From Antedon mediterranea (lineage: Eukaryota > Animalia > Echinodermata): 64,000 nt of DNA. The notes under the pieces are model-generated. The model had not been told where the DNA came from. It saw nothing but the letters and a program-made list of their open reading frames with translations, and made no database searches. Both the position numbers and the translations under genes were made by a program. Below, piece by piece: positions 26,801 to 40,044 of this stretch (position 1 is its first letter; every line of letters starts with the position of its first letter). The DNA lies in assembly GCF_964355755.1 (NCBI RefSeq), contig NC_092675.1:5265812-5329811 (forward strand), in the 5' to 3' direction.

Positions 26801-28483
26801 CTGAAAATCGCACTGTTACAATTGAGGGACCTAACGGTATGATGACATATTTTTGTAATGTTCTATTTACTATTAATAAATTAATAATTATCCATAATAT
26901 TAACTTATCATTATGAATCAGACTGACATTATGCTAACAATATGTCAATATAAAACATTAATGTTGTTTATTTTTACTTTGAATTATGTTTGCATAATAC
27001 AGGTGCATTTTGTGTTGACGTCATTGAAGCTTGTAAATGTCAACATTCATGTTACCGCGCGACGCATCGAGAGGTTTACTACGAAGTGATATTCAACACG
27101 ACGTCGAATTCAACGCAAACAGTAATAAAGGTGAGATTTTGACCTAGTTTAATGAGCCAATGGTGATCGATAATAGTTAATAATAAATGAATTGTCAACA
27201 TTAGCTTAGATATTGTAACTTTTCTTTATTATATATAGATATATTACAAGGGTACCGTACCCCCGTGAGGGGCATCTAAATGTGGAATAAATAAAAATAT
27301 AATATAAAAAAATATAATTCTTATATATAGTTATTGTATTAAATATGTATTAGGCCTATGTATAAATATATATTTGTGTTTTTTGTTTGTTTGTTTTTTT
27401 TGGTTATTTGTTTGTGCTTACGGCTATCGAATTCTGAAGTGTAGGCTACAGCATTGTTAAACTTTAACACACGGAACACAAAAGTCTCTCAAAGAAATAT
27501 CGTAGTTCATTTATATCGGTAGATAACGTTTGATTCTTATGAATTCCTTCATTCATAACTGTTTTCGAGTTATATTCCATTAAAGTATGGGACTCTACAA
27601 CCACCTACCACCCTTCCGCCTTATGGTCTTATGATTCGAGCTGATGACGTAAGTGGTGCACTGAACGCGTGCCAGGACATTATCATTTCAACCACAAACA
27701 TACCTCGGAATTAAAGTACAAAAACGCACACATTGCGTGGGCCCAAGTCAAGTCCTAATGATTTCCATTTTATAATCGAAGTTCAGCAGATGTAACTTTT
27801 CTTATTCGTTTCGTCACTGATAACCTCCTTTCTGCTGAAAAAGTCAGAGGCGTTAATGTGTTATCAGTAATGCAACTTTTATATGAACAAAAGCGTGGGC
27901 CTAAGCTAAGTTTTAAAATGATGTGGGTGCCTAACATTTCCTTTTACTGATTACATTTATATTCGAGGAATTATAACTAATCCACTGCAGAAATAGAACT
28001 TTGCTGTAAAGAAGTTAGGCTACGCCAAGACATTTTGAAATACCTCTTAAACTTAATGTCCTCGCTGTCCTTAATGGCTTCGTAAATTGTATCCATCAAT
28101 ATCATTCATTTTCATGTTTTGTTATGATTTTTTTTTAGGAAATGGATATTGGAAAATGCATAGGAACATGTTCACAGGATGCTTCGTTACAGTGTATTCT
28201 GAGGTATTGTGGGCCTAATGCTAAATATTAATTAATTCATAATTCATATTCAAATTCACATTGGTTAATTATATTATTTATATTAATATATATATTAATT
28301 TTTATTGATATTAATGTTCAATATTTGTAATTTATTAACAGGTCTCCGAGTAATCCTGATGAATGTTTAATGTCGTTAACAAAGAAAACAAACTGCAGTC
28401 CACAGTCGTATCACCAACACAACTTTCAAACAACAGGAAACCGAAGACAAACTGTATTAACTATTAGAGATTGTGGATGCTAG
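17871..28483 (+). CDS. pnhd: pinhead-like secreted protein with three cystine-knot-like repeats (338 aa, 8 coding exons)
   Basis: Exons 17871-17934, 19352-19585, 20596-20696, 25202-25424, 26777-26836, 27003-27130, 28139-28203, 28342-28483, all GT-AG with matching phases, 1017 nt ending TAG. Signal peptide MFLDLLKGFICLGVVLVQVMAAVYA, then KR before GCCER, then three repeats of C-x-R...D(V/I)G-x-C...C...C-x-C (DVGKC..CEC; DVGMCAGTC..CKC; DIGKCIGTC..CGC). Position directly upstream of admp supports the name. Confidence 0.85.
21515..21666. mobile_element. MITE family A copy
   Basis: TGTCTACAC...ATGTGCCCAT...GGCACATCACAC...GTGTAGACAGAACTT. Confidence 0.7.
22599..22895. repeat. near-perfect 26-bp minisatellite, ~11.4 copies
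   Basis: Unit TGAAAATACCAGGGTTCACTCTTCAC with a single visible substitution, in pinhead intron 3. Confidence 0.97.
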
Positions 28484-31400
28484 AGACAATACAAATACAA
28501 CAGAGCTATACAAATAAAACATATTCGAGAAGGGGATATTTTATCTAAAAAAAAACCGTTTTTACATCGTACTCTAATAACGGCTTCCATTATTTGCAAC
28601 TTTAGATTTTGATGAGTGTGGCTGTGACGTCAGTTAGTAAGCAGTTTAAAACAGCCAAGGAATAAAAGTTACTATTACTGCGATTTTCATTATACTGTAT
28701 TATGATTATGAATTAAATTATCTATTATTTATTCCAAAATGAATTTTTATTAAAGCAATCCGACACAATATTTTCAGATAAGTCAAAAGGGTAAAAGCTA
28801 TGATATATAAGTACACACCCCTGCTTTTTAAATTACTGTACATTATTTTGTACGAAATTTTCTGCGTTTTACACAATATCATTAGTTTGAATAACAAATA
28901 GGAAAGAATACAATTGTATGAGATTTGTTTTTCTATTGATCATAAGAAAAAAGTGTATGCAAGTCTTATCAATTATGTATATAGTGTTTTGTTATCACTT
29001 AGAAGTTACAATATTATAGCAATGGCCTGTATATTGTTTGTAGATAAACATTTTACGAAATTTGGTAATATATCCTTGAGTTAGTATAGTATAGGCATAT
29101 TAAAGTTAGATGTTTATGCCTTTATTTTAAAATCACCAGCGATTAAATGTAATTGTAAAATCTTCCAGAAAAGTGGATAGCCCAATAATTTACTAAAGAT
29201 AAACTGGGTATATGGTTGTTATCGGGATGTTTGGCGGGCTGATCTTATGACGTAGGCCGATGCAGAGTATTACAGCAAGCTGGGCAAACTTAAAGAGTAC
29301 CTCCTGATTTATAATTTCTAAAACATCTATAGTTAGATATATTTTATAATAGATTTTAAAACCCTAGGCTACCCTTTAAATTTGTAGCTTCAAAACATCA
29401 GTAGCTGCTGTCCATTCAGTCTTACAAATAATTTTACCTAATACGGACCTGATTGCGATGTTGTTTTAAATGTATTGCATACGTAGCCTAGCCAACACTG
29501 TTAAGTACAGTATGATTTTGTTAAGAAGTCGAATTAGTTTTTAATTCTTATATTCAGAGAAAACTATCTAATACTTTTATATATTTTTCTACTGAAAGAA
29601 AGTGTTGAAAGATAACATTGATTTTGTACAAAAATAGTATCTGTATTGCAGCCCTAAGGACACCCTTACACACGCGAACGTCAGTTTTTATATTTAACTA
29701 CACTAAGCTAAATTCAGTAGGGACTTGTATTCGATGAAAGAAGTTTGTCCAGTTACGCTTAACTGTTTGTGAATATAGGCTAATTACTTTCGACTTGAGG
29801 GAACATTTATGTGAATAATGTAAATATATTGATGTATTAAAAAAAATTTATTTTGTTTTTATGTTATTTCGTCAGTGAAAACACATATGCCTACATACAA
29901 CGAACGTTCTTTTTTTATGCACAGGATCATACTATGAATGTATTTTATTAATGCTGATTTAGGTTATTTTATTTATTGCTTTGATTTTTTTTTTATTGTG
30001 AATATGATTGTAAATACACTACTCAATTCTGTGCATAAAACGAACGTTCTTGGTCAAAAAGATATAATATAATAAGGTATAATTTTAGCTTAAAACACAG
30101 CAATTTTTCTTTGATTATTCAACCATAAAACAATCATAGTCTTGCTCATTCCGATCATAACAAAAAGGGAAAAAAACACGAATAACACGAATATTGTTTA
30201 AAAACATATTTAAAATATCGTGTCCTTATATGGTATGATCTATACAACATATTCCAGGTCAGGCACAAAAGAACCACACTTATAATATTTATAGCGACAA
30301 CTACATCGTCCTTGCAAACGATCCCTCTTGAAACTCCAGAAACAAAATCTTCTTCGTCGTTTATAAATTACACAACATAAAGGTCTGTTAAACCGCGTCT
30401 CTAAATTGCTTTTAACATTGTTTAATTCTACACAATTTTCATGATATATTTTCTTTAAAATAACGGTACCAATTTTTTTAATCAATGGTATAATATACGC
30501 ATACCAATAATACAACTCTAGCGATGTTATTGTTTATTTAATTATAATACAATGTGTCCGGTTCCACTTGTTTGTTTACCGCAAAGTGTGGTTTTTCCAT
30601 TCATAATGAATACAGAATATATTTAGTTTTTACTTTGTTTTAATGACTTGCTCAGATCTAAATCCGCACCGAACCTGAATACAAGTACATATAAGTGGTG
30701 AGATAATGTGTTTCATCTTACTGGGAATAAAATTAAGTGATTGTATTATAGCTGAAGCACAATTTTAATCCATGGAAGAGTGGATACAATGTTGATTCTT
30801 GACCTAATAACTCTAATCGAACAACAGGAGAATTTAAAATTCGATTTTAATCTAAAGCAATAGTTTACATAGTTTTCTATACAGGACAATTTATAATATT
30901 TTCAGAAAGAACTCAAAACAATAAATGTAAGTTTGAAGGACACAGAAAAAGACGCAAAAAGAAAAGGTAGGCTATACTTTAATCTATTCAATTAATCCTA
31001 ATAACTAGGCCTACAATTTAACTCAAGCTGCAGATGCAACAGGAAAATTACGTTATGTGTTACTTCCATATATTAATATAGAAGAGAATTCCTTGCCCGA
31101 TGTGGTTTTAAAATGTTATACCAGTCACCGCTGAAACATACTGGTTATGATTCTGGACATCATGCACCATTTATACTTAACAAAATAATTGTAGAGATTG
31201 CATCATCTACTTTACAGTAAATTGTTATAGTATTACTTTATAGTTAACATGGCATGCAACCCTTTGACGGATGTTTTTACCTTTATGCCATTTATTTTCA
31301 TGATTAAACTTGTTTGAATAAATTAATAATAATTCAAAAACAACCATCAATGATATGTGGCCCTTTGTCCTAATTATGAGGTCATCTAGGACATGGAATA

Positions 31401-31759
31401 CGCCATTACACAATAGCATGACCTCATTTTTAAATTATTTCATAACCCTTAGTGGATAATCAATTATTATTTTCTGTAATTATGAAACGGAACTTATTAA
31501 TTTACACATGTTAGTTAAATCATTTTGTATCAAAACAAATTATTGTCTAGCTTAGAGGAGCAATAATTGGAGAATGATTCATATTTTCTGGTATGTTTAC
31601 ACAATTTCACAGATGACAATGCAAACAATAGTGTTGACGGCAATGTATCCTGTTTACACTTAACTCGGGTGAAATGATCATAACAAACAATCTCAATAGT
31701 TCTTAATACATATTTTGAAATATTGATTTCTATTTTTGAAATGAAAATATTGCAATATA

Positions 31760-31892
31760 AAGCTCTACTATCAAACTTTATGTGACAAAAAATGTGCCCA
31801 TAGATATCATGATGTCATTTCAATACCATATTTAAGCATATCACTACCACATTTTTTTTGTAAAACTAGTTTGATAGTGTAGACAGAGGTTT
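31760..31892. mobile_element. MITE family A copy (internally deleted)
   Basis: AAGCTCTACTATCAAACTTT...AAACTAGTTTGATAGTGTAGACAGAG. Confidence 0.7.
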
Positions 31893-33199
31893 CAAGTTCA
31901 ATTTTCTATATGGAATTTTATTTTTTCTACTCAACAAAACTTCGCAGTCTTCCGATGAGCGCTATCACTTTTACACACGATTTCAAAAAATGATCATTCC
32001 CCTCGTGGCCAAATAAACTCCATAGCAACTATGTTTGGTTCAATTTACAAGCGTCGCACCACACCTGTCACAAATAACATAGCACAAATTTAGTTTTTTA
32101 ATAAAATGGGTGGTTACCTCAAGTAAATTATTTATAACATTAACAAAATATGAATAACATTGTACAGAACTTCACTTTTAATCTACGTAATCTTCCTTAT
32201 ACGAATAAATACAAAGGTGGTTTTTTTCAATATTTTATTATTCATAGGTTAGAAACATGTTTTTTAAATCTGACTGAAACTGACTAACACTTCGGATGCA
32301 TAAGGAGATACAATAATATACTTTTCTGCACGTATTTTCTTTGAATATTTTAGTTGTATATTACCTATAGGTATTGATGATGTCACATACCATATGGTTG
32401 CATCGGTCTCTAATAATAAACCAATGTATGATTTATAAGAAGTTCAAAGGGGAATAAACCGCTGCTGACACGTGCCACAATATCTAATGTTTAAAGTAAA
32501 CTTCTTATACGGGCGGATTAAATTTAAATGAATCATTAGGTCTTTCTTTCCCGATCTCCCCCAGCGGCCCCATTCACCTGGAATTTTGTCATAGGGAGCC
32601 ATGTATTCCTACAATACAATAAATAATTATTGTATGTAAACACGATAAGCTGTGCATCATGTTTAATCCCTGCCTTTTAAACATCCAATTGAGTTTATAA
32701 TGTACAGTACTTATTTTAATCTGGTTAAGTAAACATTCGTATTACACTGAATACTGTATAGAATGACTTTGTAGCCTATGAAACATTGTCAAGGGCGGAA
32801 TTTCGGACTCAACGGCACATCAGCAAATTCGACTGTCGATTATTGGTCGGTCAGTATTCCTTTTTACGACACATTTTAACAAACGCGCATTAAAACGCCT
32901 GATAAATAATTGGCACAGTTCTTTTTTACGCGTGTTTTAACTGTGCCTAAATGTTTGATGCGTTCTCTATGAAATGTGTCAGATTTGTTGATTGGTTAAT
33001 TAAATACAACATAAATGAACACATTGACTATCGTATTGGCCTCTTTCGTAGATTATTATTGCCAGGGCCGCTTTATAACAGTATGGAATAGTAAGTTCTG
33101 TTATGTCATGAGTGCAATAATAAAGAAGCTAAGAAAGCACCCTGTCTGTTTGTGTGTGTGAATAGACATTTCTTAATTGAAGCGAACAGTGAAGAGGGC

Positions 33200-34700
33200 T
33201 AAGTTTCACCTGTTTCTATTGTTGTTCAACTGATTGTCAATAACGTATGCCAGGTGTGAATTGTTGGTTTTTATTGTTGTGTCCTTTTATTTTGGCACGT
33301 TCTTCCAGTTATAACTGTTGGAAACTGAAGTGAGTGTTTAGTATATTTAACAGATTGGTTCTATTCAACCACTAGGGCCTACACCTGTGAGATTGTATCG
33401 TGCTTTTTCCCACACTAGTTTCTAAAAAACTGCAGTGTATTGAAAGTCTAATGAAAAAAGTAAAGAGTTCACTAATTGGAAGTATTATCTGTCTATATTA
33501 GCTATGTAAACCTAAAGTGTCGTAAATATGTTTTAGGCATATGCAAATAGTAAAACATAACGTGTGTTGTTGTCGTTTGATGTATTTTGTCAACAATCTA
33601 TTCCAGCCAAACGTAGTGCGTTTATTACAAACAGTATTTACGTTTGCTAGTGTTTATCGTATGGTTTCCGGACAAATTTTAATGTAAAGCAAGTTTAATT
33701 TTAAATTGAAAACAACATGATTGGCAGTATTTTATTTTTGATTGACACACACGATTCATTGATTTAAATCTAGGATGTAATTGAATCGCCAACTGTTTTA
33801 AATGAAATCAGAAAAAAAAAAGATTTATAGGCCTAAACAAAAGTGTTTATTTCCTTTATATACTTGTTAATCAAGATTAATCATTCACTTGTTCATGTTA
33901 GATAAATATCCATAGAGAGAGAACGACTGTATACACAATAAAATAAATGTGTCAGACTAAATATAAAATTAATAATTGACTTTTACACTCTATAACAATG
34001 ATATTGATTGTTCTTGAGAGAGAAAAACAGAGAGTGTGAGAGGAAAGTCGATAAAGGAAAAGAAGACAATACAGCTTGCCTTTGTTAATTGATAATAATA
34101 ATTAACCATCATTATACATTCAATAGTATAACCGAGCCAAATATTCTCTTCATAAACAAAATAAATATGATTTATTATGAGTTATTTATTTGGGTCAACT
34201 AATTTAAAATGACAGGAATCGTGTAATTTAAAAAGTTTTACAATATATATACTCCATTCTAATTCCTTTCAAGTTTTTCGGAACCGTTCCCTGAATTTAA
34301 AAAAGCTAATTAAGAGGTGTGAATGCCTTTGTGCGTGAGTTTACTTCCAACACCTTGTGCAAAGGCTAACTAACAATTAACATGAATGTTCATAGGCCCG
34401 GTAATCCGCTGATTTAGAATGACAGCAAGCTGATATTTGTATTACTGTCGCACTAAACCAAAGAATGAAGTAAATTTAATCAATCTCATCTTTATCGTTC
34501 ATGAATTTTAAGGGCGATTACAACTTTATTCTGGTGATCGTGGATGGACTGGAGAGACAAAAGAAAACGTGATCTCTTAAGTGGATTTCGCTGTCCTTAA
34601 GGGCTGTTGAGATCATGAGCACCCATCTAGCTCAGGTATTGGTTCGTCCGGAGGTAAGAGGACAAGCTGAGCGTCAATCACAGGTGTGAACTGGTCCGTA
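33200..34700 (+). promoter_or_regulatory. admp upstream region with clustered T-box/E-box motifs
   Basis: AGGTGTGAA at 33252-33260, 34315-34323 and 34682-34690. Further CAGGTG/CACCTG sites near 33207 and 33382. Confidence 0.4.
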
Positions 34701-34865
34701 ACATCCTTTGAAATTACAAACACCCGACTTTGATTGCCAAACTTTCCATCGACCCTCGTCCTGACAACACGTGTTTTAACAGCAAGCTTCACTAGATACA
34801 AAATCGCGTAAAACTGTTCTGATTTTTTCTTTCACTGGAAACCGATACGATAAAAAACATTTTCC

Positions 34866-37800
34866 ATGATGTCAGTATACTATTTACTTTTCGTGGTTGT
34901 AATCATCTTCCATTCTTGTACGGGAAAACCAACGCCACTATCACCAACGATATCGGATGTGGAGGACTTAAATACACTACCTGAATCGGAAGAAGTTCGT
35001 ACGAAAGCGTTGGACCAGTTACGCAACGTTTTCGGTTTTACCAACAAGTCGCATTTTTCACCGGCAAAGGATCATTCTCCGCCTCAATATATGATGGATC
35101 TATACAATACTATCGCGCATTCTGGCGGAATTACTAATATACCAAATCCGTATTACTCAAGTACTGTACGTTCATTCCTGGACAAATGTAAGTCATATAT
35201 TTATAGATGTTCCCACAGTTGATTAGAACTGATCAAGTCAGTTGTCGAGCTTTGCTTGAAAACTGACTATATCCATGTTACCACATCCAAACTCATTTTT
35301 TGCGATTGTGGAAACCATAATTTAATTGTTTTTACATTCAATAATTTTTCATTTCAGCCTAATCATTCGGTCATTTAACAGATTGTTACGTATGAGTCAG
35401 AGATTCATAGAAATCAGAATGTTAAATTATGAAACATCTGTTTTCAACCTCTTCATCTGTCTTTAACCCACAAATAGTCAAACTCGACCAATCAGAGTTG
35501 ACTTTGGGTCTAGCAATAACAAAAATCAAACGATTTTACAAGTAGGCCTTATGGCAGTTGTTGCTGAATATTTTTTAATTTATTTATTTTTTTAAAGTTC
35601 CAAGGTACTTTAGATAATTAAAACCTCTTCTGCCTCTATAAATAATTTAATTAGTGCATTTAAAAAACGGACATACCGTCACTTTACTTGGAAATTGTTC
35701 ACTTTTACCTTTAGAAAATAGATTGAGGTGATTAAGCATAAATGTTCATTGTAAAGAAACATGTTAGGCTTGCATATGCGATATTAAGGAGTTTTTATTA
35801 CTTTGTGCTCGCTTTAATCGCTGTTTCTCCTGTAAAACCCCCAGTCATTATGCCATATCGCAATACCCGTTCGAATCTTCCGCCAAGGTCTCCTCATACA
35901 ATGCATAATCGTCTAAAGCTATTATAACAATTCCCGATATAATATAGGAAATATATTTAAATTCAATCAATTTCTTTAAAGGCAGGGTCAAGAGGGTAAT
36001 CAGTCTGGGAATATGTGGTATGGGATTATGCCTACATTTACTAGTCCATCTGTTCATATAGCAACAATGAATATAAAAATATTTCAGAAATAGAATCGGT
36101 TGCATTGGAACAAAAGCTGACGTCACATTTAGATGCTCTGTATTTTTTGCAGGATAGGCATTATAAATTTAAAAAAGAATTACAAAAAGCAAAACATACT
36201 TTGACAATAAAATTCACTTTCTAGTGATCACCATTCGATTTTGGAACCTTGTGTTTGGTTATTAGTATTTTCGAACGAAATAAATCATTTTTCATCTTCT
36301 TTTTTATCTGTGCATCTTTATCTATCGGATACATTGTTACCTAAGTTTAAAAAGAAAGAGATGTATTATTTATTGAATTGGACCCACGACACTATTTTGG
36401 TAGATAAAAGCAATACAGTTATATATACTTTATTTTATATATGTAATCCTTTTATTTCAACAGCCCACAGACAAAGAATGCTGTATAGTTTCAACTTAAC
36501 CAAGGTACCAAACACGGACAGAATACTTCGAGCTGAATTACATCTATTCAAAATGAAGCCAAAAGTTAAACATGATAATAGACGACAACACTATTACCAG
36601 GTAAAGTTACTAATAATCAACTTTTTCTATTTGTTTACATTAAGATTCATTTCTGTCAAACCATTGTTGTTAACAATATTGAAATACTAATTTTGTATTA
36701 ATTAAATAACAGTATCAGTTTGCAATCTTCGTGGTATCTTTGGTATTCATTCAAATTAATGTATTTAGTCGCACCCGATAGATTCAGACAAAGGCTTGAT
36801 TTCGTCATTCCTAACGATACAATTCTATATTTAAACTGATTAGGAGAAATGGAATTTAATTAATAGCATAAATAACACAACAAATATATAAATTTAAAAA
36901 TTATCCAAGGCCACTGTGGTACCTTGTAATTCTAAAAATATTAAAATGTTAAGTCCACATCAATCGTCAAAGATTTCGTTTCTCAGCGCTGACGCATTGG
37001 AAATATAGCTCAGTAAAGTCAAGGTTAATATATCTAAGAGGAGTTACCATTTCTGATTGGTTAAATGTTTTGAAAGTTAAGGAACAAATTTGGTAATAAC
37101 CCCTCCTGTGCCCAGGCTGTAAGTTTTCTAACCTGTTCGAATTAAGGGATCTGTCAGACGCGCCACCATCTTTCAACAACTGCGATAAGATCGTTTCAAC
37201 TTTGTTATGTTTGAGCCAATGATCTTCTGCGGAAAACCAGTTTCAGTGTTTATCGACACGAACTAGGGATAAGGGTTTCCGCCTAACTTACCTAAACGGA
37301 TTTTTTATCATTGAAAAATGACATAATCAGAAATAATACACATATGTAGGTCGTTAGAATTTTAGAAGAAAACAGACATCTCCTCATTTTAACTTCCATG
37401 TGGTTTTGATTCTATTTTTTTTCCTGGAAATAATGTATAGCGAAAAATGTATTTTCTGTCCATCGACGAATGTGTATCAACGTCTCTAGATATTCATAGT
37501 TCCATATATTACTTTGTCAATTAAAAAATATGTATAATTAATTAATAATTATTTAACTTATTATTTACTCTTCAGGTTCATCTTTATAAAGTAAAAACGG
37601 ACAACCCGTTATCAGTAGAGGGCGCTGAATTGATTGGTATACGGCTTATCAGTGTGCAGAGAACCGGTTGGGAAGTGTTTGCCGTCACAGATGTTGTCAA
37701 TAGTTGGATAGCCAATTCCACAACAAACCTAGGATTTCTCATGACGGTGACGAATCTAAACGGAGAAGTGATGGACGACAGCAACGTACGTTTTGCTCAG

Positions 37801-38619
37801 CGTGGAAAACATCATGATTCCAAACAGCCAAACTTGGTTTTGTTTAGCGACGACGGTAGACAAAAACCAGCATTACCAAAAACAATAACGAAAGTTGGTA
37901 CGTGCTTGTTTGATCCACAAACTTAAAATAAATCATATTTGTTTTAATTACAATATTCATGCATGTAACATTATGGAATGTCACAGTGTATTTCATAAGA
38001 TGAACACAAGAACATTAAATGTTTATCGACATAGGCATTGAAAAAATGAATATCAATTAAATAAAAAATACTAAATAATATAATATTAGTAATAACGATA
38101 AAAATTAATTGATCCATTTTAACTCTTTCAGATCCCGATAGTGCATATGATTATATAATTGAGACGTACGGCGATAATAAAGAGGAAACAAAAACAGGTT
38201 TTAAACATGTCATGAAGAGGGACACACAAACAAACTCAACAGAACACGCAAATACAGGTGAAAACCAGTACCGAACAAACACACGTCGTAGCCAACGAAC
38301 TGGTCCCTGTGCATTACAACCAATGTACGTCGATTTTCAGACGATCGGTTGGTCAGACTGGATCATTTCCCCAGATGGTTACAACGCAAACCAGTGCTCT
38401 GGGAAGTGCACATTTCCCCTAACGAATCTTGTAAACCCCAGTAATCATGCATCGGTACAAAGCCTAATAAACACTTTAAATCTAGACGAGACAGTTGGGC
38501 AACCTTGTTGTGTACCGGATAAAACAGAACACATCACATTACTTTACTATACAGATGATGATAACGTCGTTTTAAAGCACTTTGAAGGCATGATCGCTAC
38601 AAGTTGCGGTTGCCATTAG
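34866..38619 (+). CDS. admp: anti-dorsalizing morphogenetic protein (ADMP-type BMP/TGF-beta ligand), 422 aa, 4 exons
   Basis: Exons 34866-35187, 36464-36600, 37576-37897, 38132-38619 (1269 nt). Signal peptide, ADMP-type prodomain (PPQYMMDLYNTIA..GIT...TVRSFLDK; AELHLFK; GWEVF; KQPNLVLFSDDGR) and a 7-Cys mature domain (YVDFQTIGWSDWIISPDGYNA..PCCVPDK..LLYYTDDDNVVLK..SCGCH). Confidence 0.93.
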
Positions 38620-39029
38620 AGAAAAAAATAGTATGTACGCGGGAGTATTTTTATCAAAAACATATGAACTTTTTAGTTCAATATGATTTTAAATTCGTTA
38701 AAATACGTTAACAATCGAAATACTGATATAAAAGCATGCTCAAGAGCTCAATTTTAAGCTTAATTTAAGATCGTTTTTAAATTTCAATTGATATAATGCT
38801 CTATTATTAGCTCTTATATACTCAACAACTACAATATTTGATAATGAGTTTGATGGTTGATATAGTTCGCCGTTTGAAGCAATGTAGGCCTAAAAGGCGT
38901 TGGAGTAGCATATTTTAAAGTAAATGTATTTATTAATTTTCTAATTCAAACTCAAACACGTACTTACGAATATCGACAGCCAGCATGTGTGTTTATTCGA
39001 ATAATACATTATTTATTGGAAACTGTTTT

Positions 39030-39270
39030 GCACTGTAAAACACTGTATATTTGTTTAGATCGCGAATTGTTGAGAAATGCAAACTAAGAAATGTATTCTT
39101 AACGCTCCTCTCGATTGGTATCGGAAACACCCTGGAGACATGGGCTGGGATAAGTGCGTTATATTGAATTATAATGTATTCAGACTTATAGATAATTGTG
39201 TTCATGTTCAACCTGTTAGTGGCGGTTTCATCGCTGTTGGTTGTGAACTGAATAAAATAAAATAAATAAA
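39030..39270 (+). mobile_element. retroposon 3' end sharing its tail with the 5S-derived SINE
   Basis: ACCTGTTAGTGGCGG..ATCGCTGTTGGTT..TGAATAAAATAAAATAAA (39211-39270) matches 50729-50789, but the upstream sequence differs. 5' boundary is uncertain. Confidence 0.5.
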
Positions 39271-39543
39271 ATGTATATAGTTGTAAATAAAATACAAATA
39301 TAATTCTGTACTTGTAATTAGGTGTGATATTATTGAATATGAATTTAAATAAATAAAATTATCATATTCTTATTCTCAGTTTTTTGTGATTTGTATCATA
39401 TTGCATCAACATAATTATTGCAATAATTTTGAAAGGAAGAGAATTACCACGAGACTGTGTCCATGACGTTGAGTTCTGACGAAATGAACTTACCATTTTA
39501 AAGCTACATTATTGTTATTATTACAAAACGATGTATATTCAGA

Positions 39544-39755
39544 AGTGGAGTTGTGGCTTGGTGGTTATGATGCTTTGCTACCACTCCAAGGGTCCTGGGT
39601 TCAAGTCCCGTCACATGTCAGCATTTTTTCTAAGGACCAAATTACTCCACTCCCAAAGACTTGTAATAAGACTTTGTTTATGTAGAGCATCTTGAGAACC
39701 TCTGAGGGTCCCTAATGATCAGCAATAGCTGCATGGATCACCCTCATTAAATATA
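39544..39755 (+). mobile_element. tRNA-derived SINE
   Basis: A box TGGCTTGGTGG, B box GGTTCAAGTCC, 3' tail GAGGGTCCCTAATGATCAGC...CACCCTC. Confidence 0.7.
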
Positions 39756-39855
39756 GAAAAAGAGTACCGCATTCACAGCTAATATGGTATAGTATTAAAT
39801 TCTGGAAATTATCAGGTGAAACAGAGAAATAAAAAGGGGGCGCCTTGCTACTTAT

Positions 39856-40030
39856 TTGGTTCCCACTTGAACGCAACACGTTGACTTAAGGCGCAACTTA
39901 AGTGAGTTGACCAATCAAAAACGATAGGTCGGGTGATCCACCGCGTCGTGATTGGTTAAATTAGTTTCGGTGCACTTACGGTCTTGCGTCCATTAACCCT
40001 TGCGTTAAATGTGCGAGTTTGCGACTCACG
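39856..40030. mobile_element. MITE family B, truncated copy
   Basis: Begins TTGGTTCCCACT..ACGCAAC and has a TTGACCAATCA/GATTGGT internal inversion like 63166-63318. The right TIR is missing next to a SINE. Confidence 0.55.
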
Positions 40031-40044
40031 TGTATTGATTGATT

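Noticed and set aside
28484-34865. Additional gene between pinhead and admp (ORFs at 30240 and 31225)
   Set aside because: No recognisable domains or splice-consistent exon chain; AT-rich noise.
37150-37170. BMP-responsive element in admp intron 2 (CAGACGCGCCA)
   Set aside because: The SBE and GC motif lack the canonical 5-bp spacing; a single short match is not enough.
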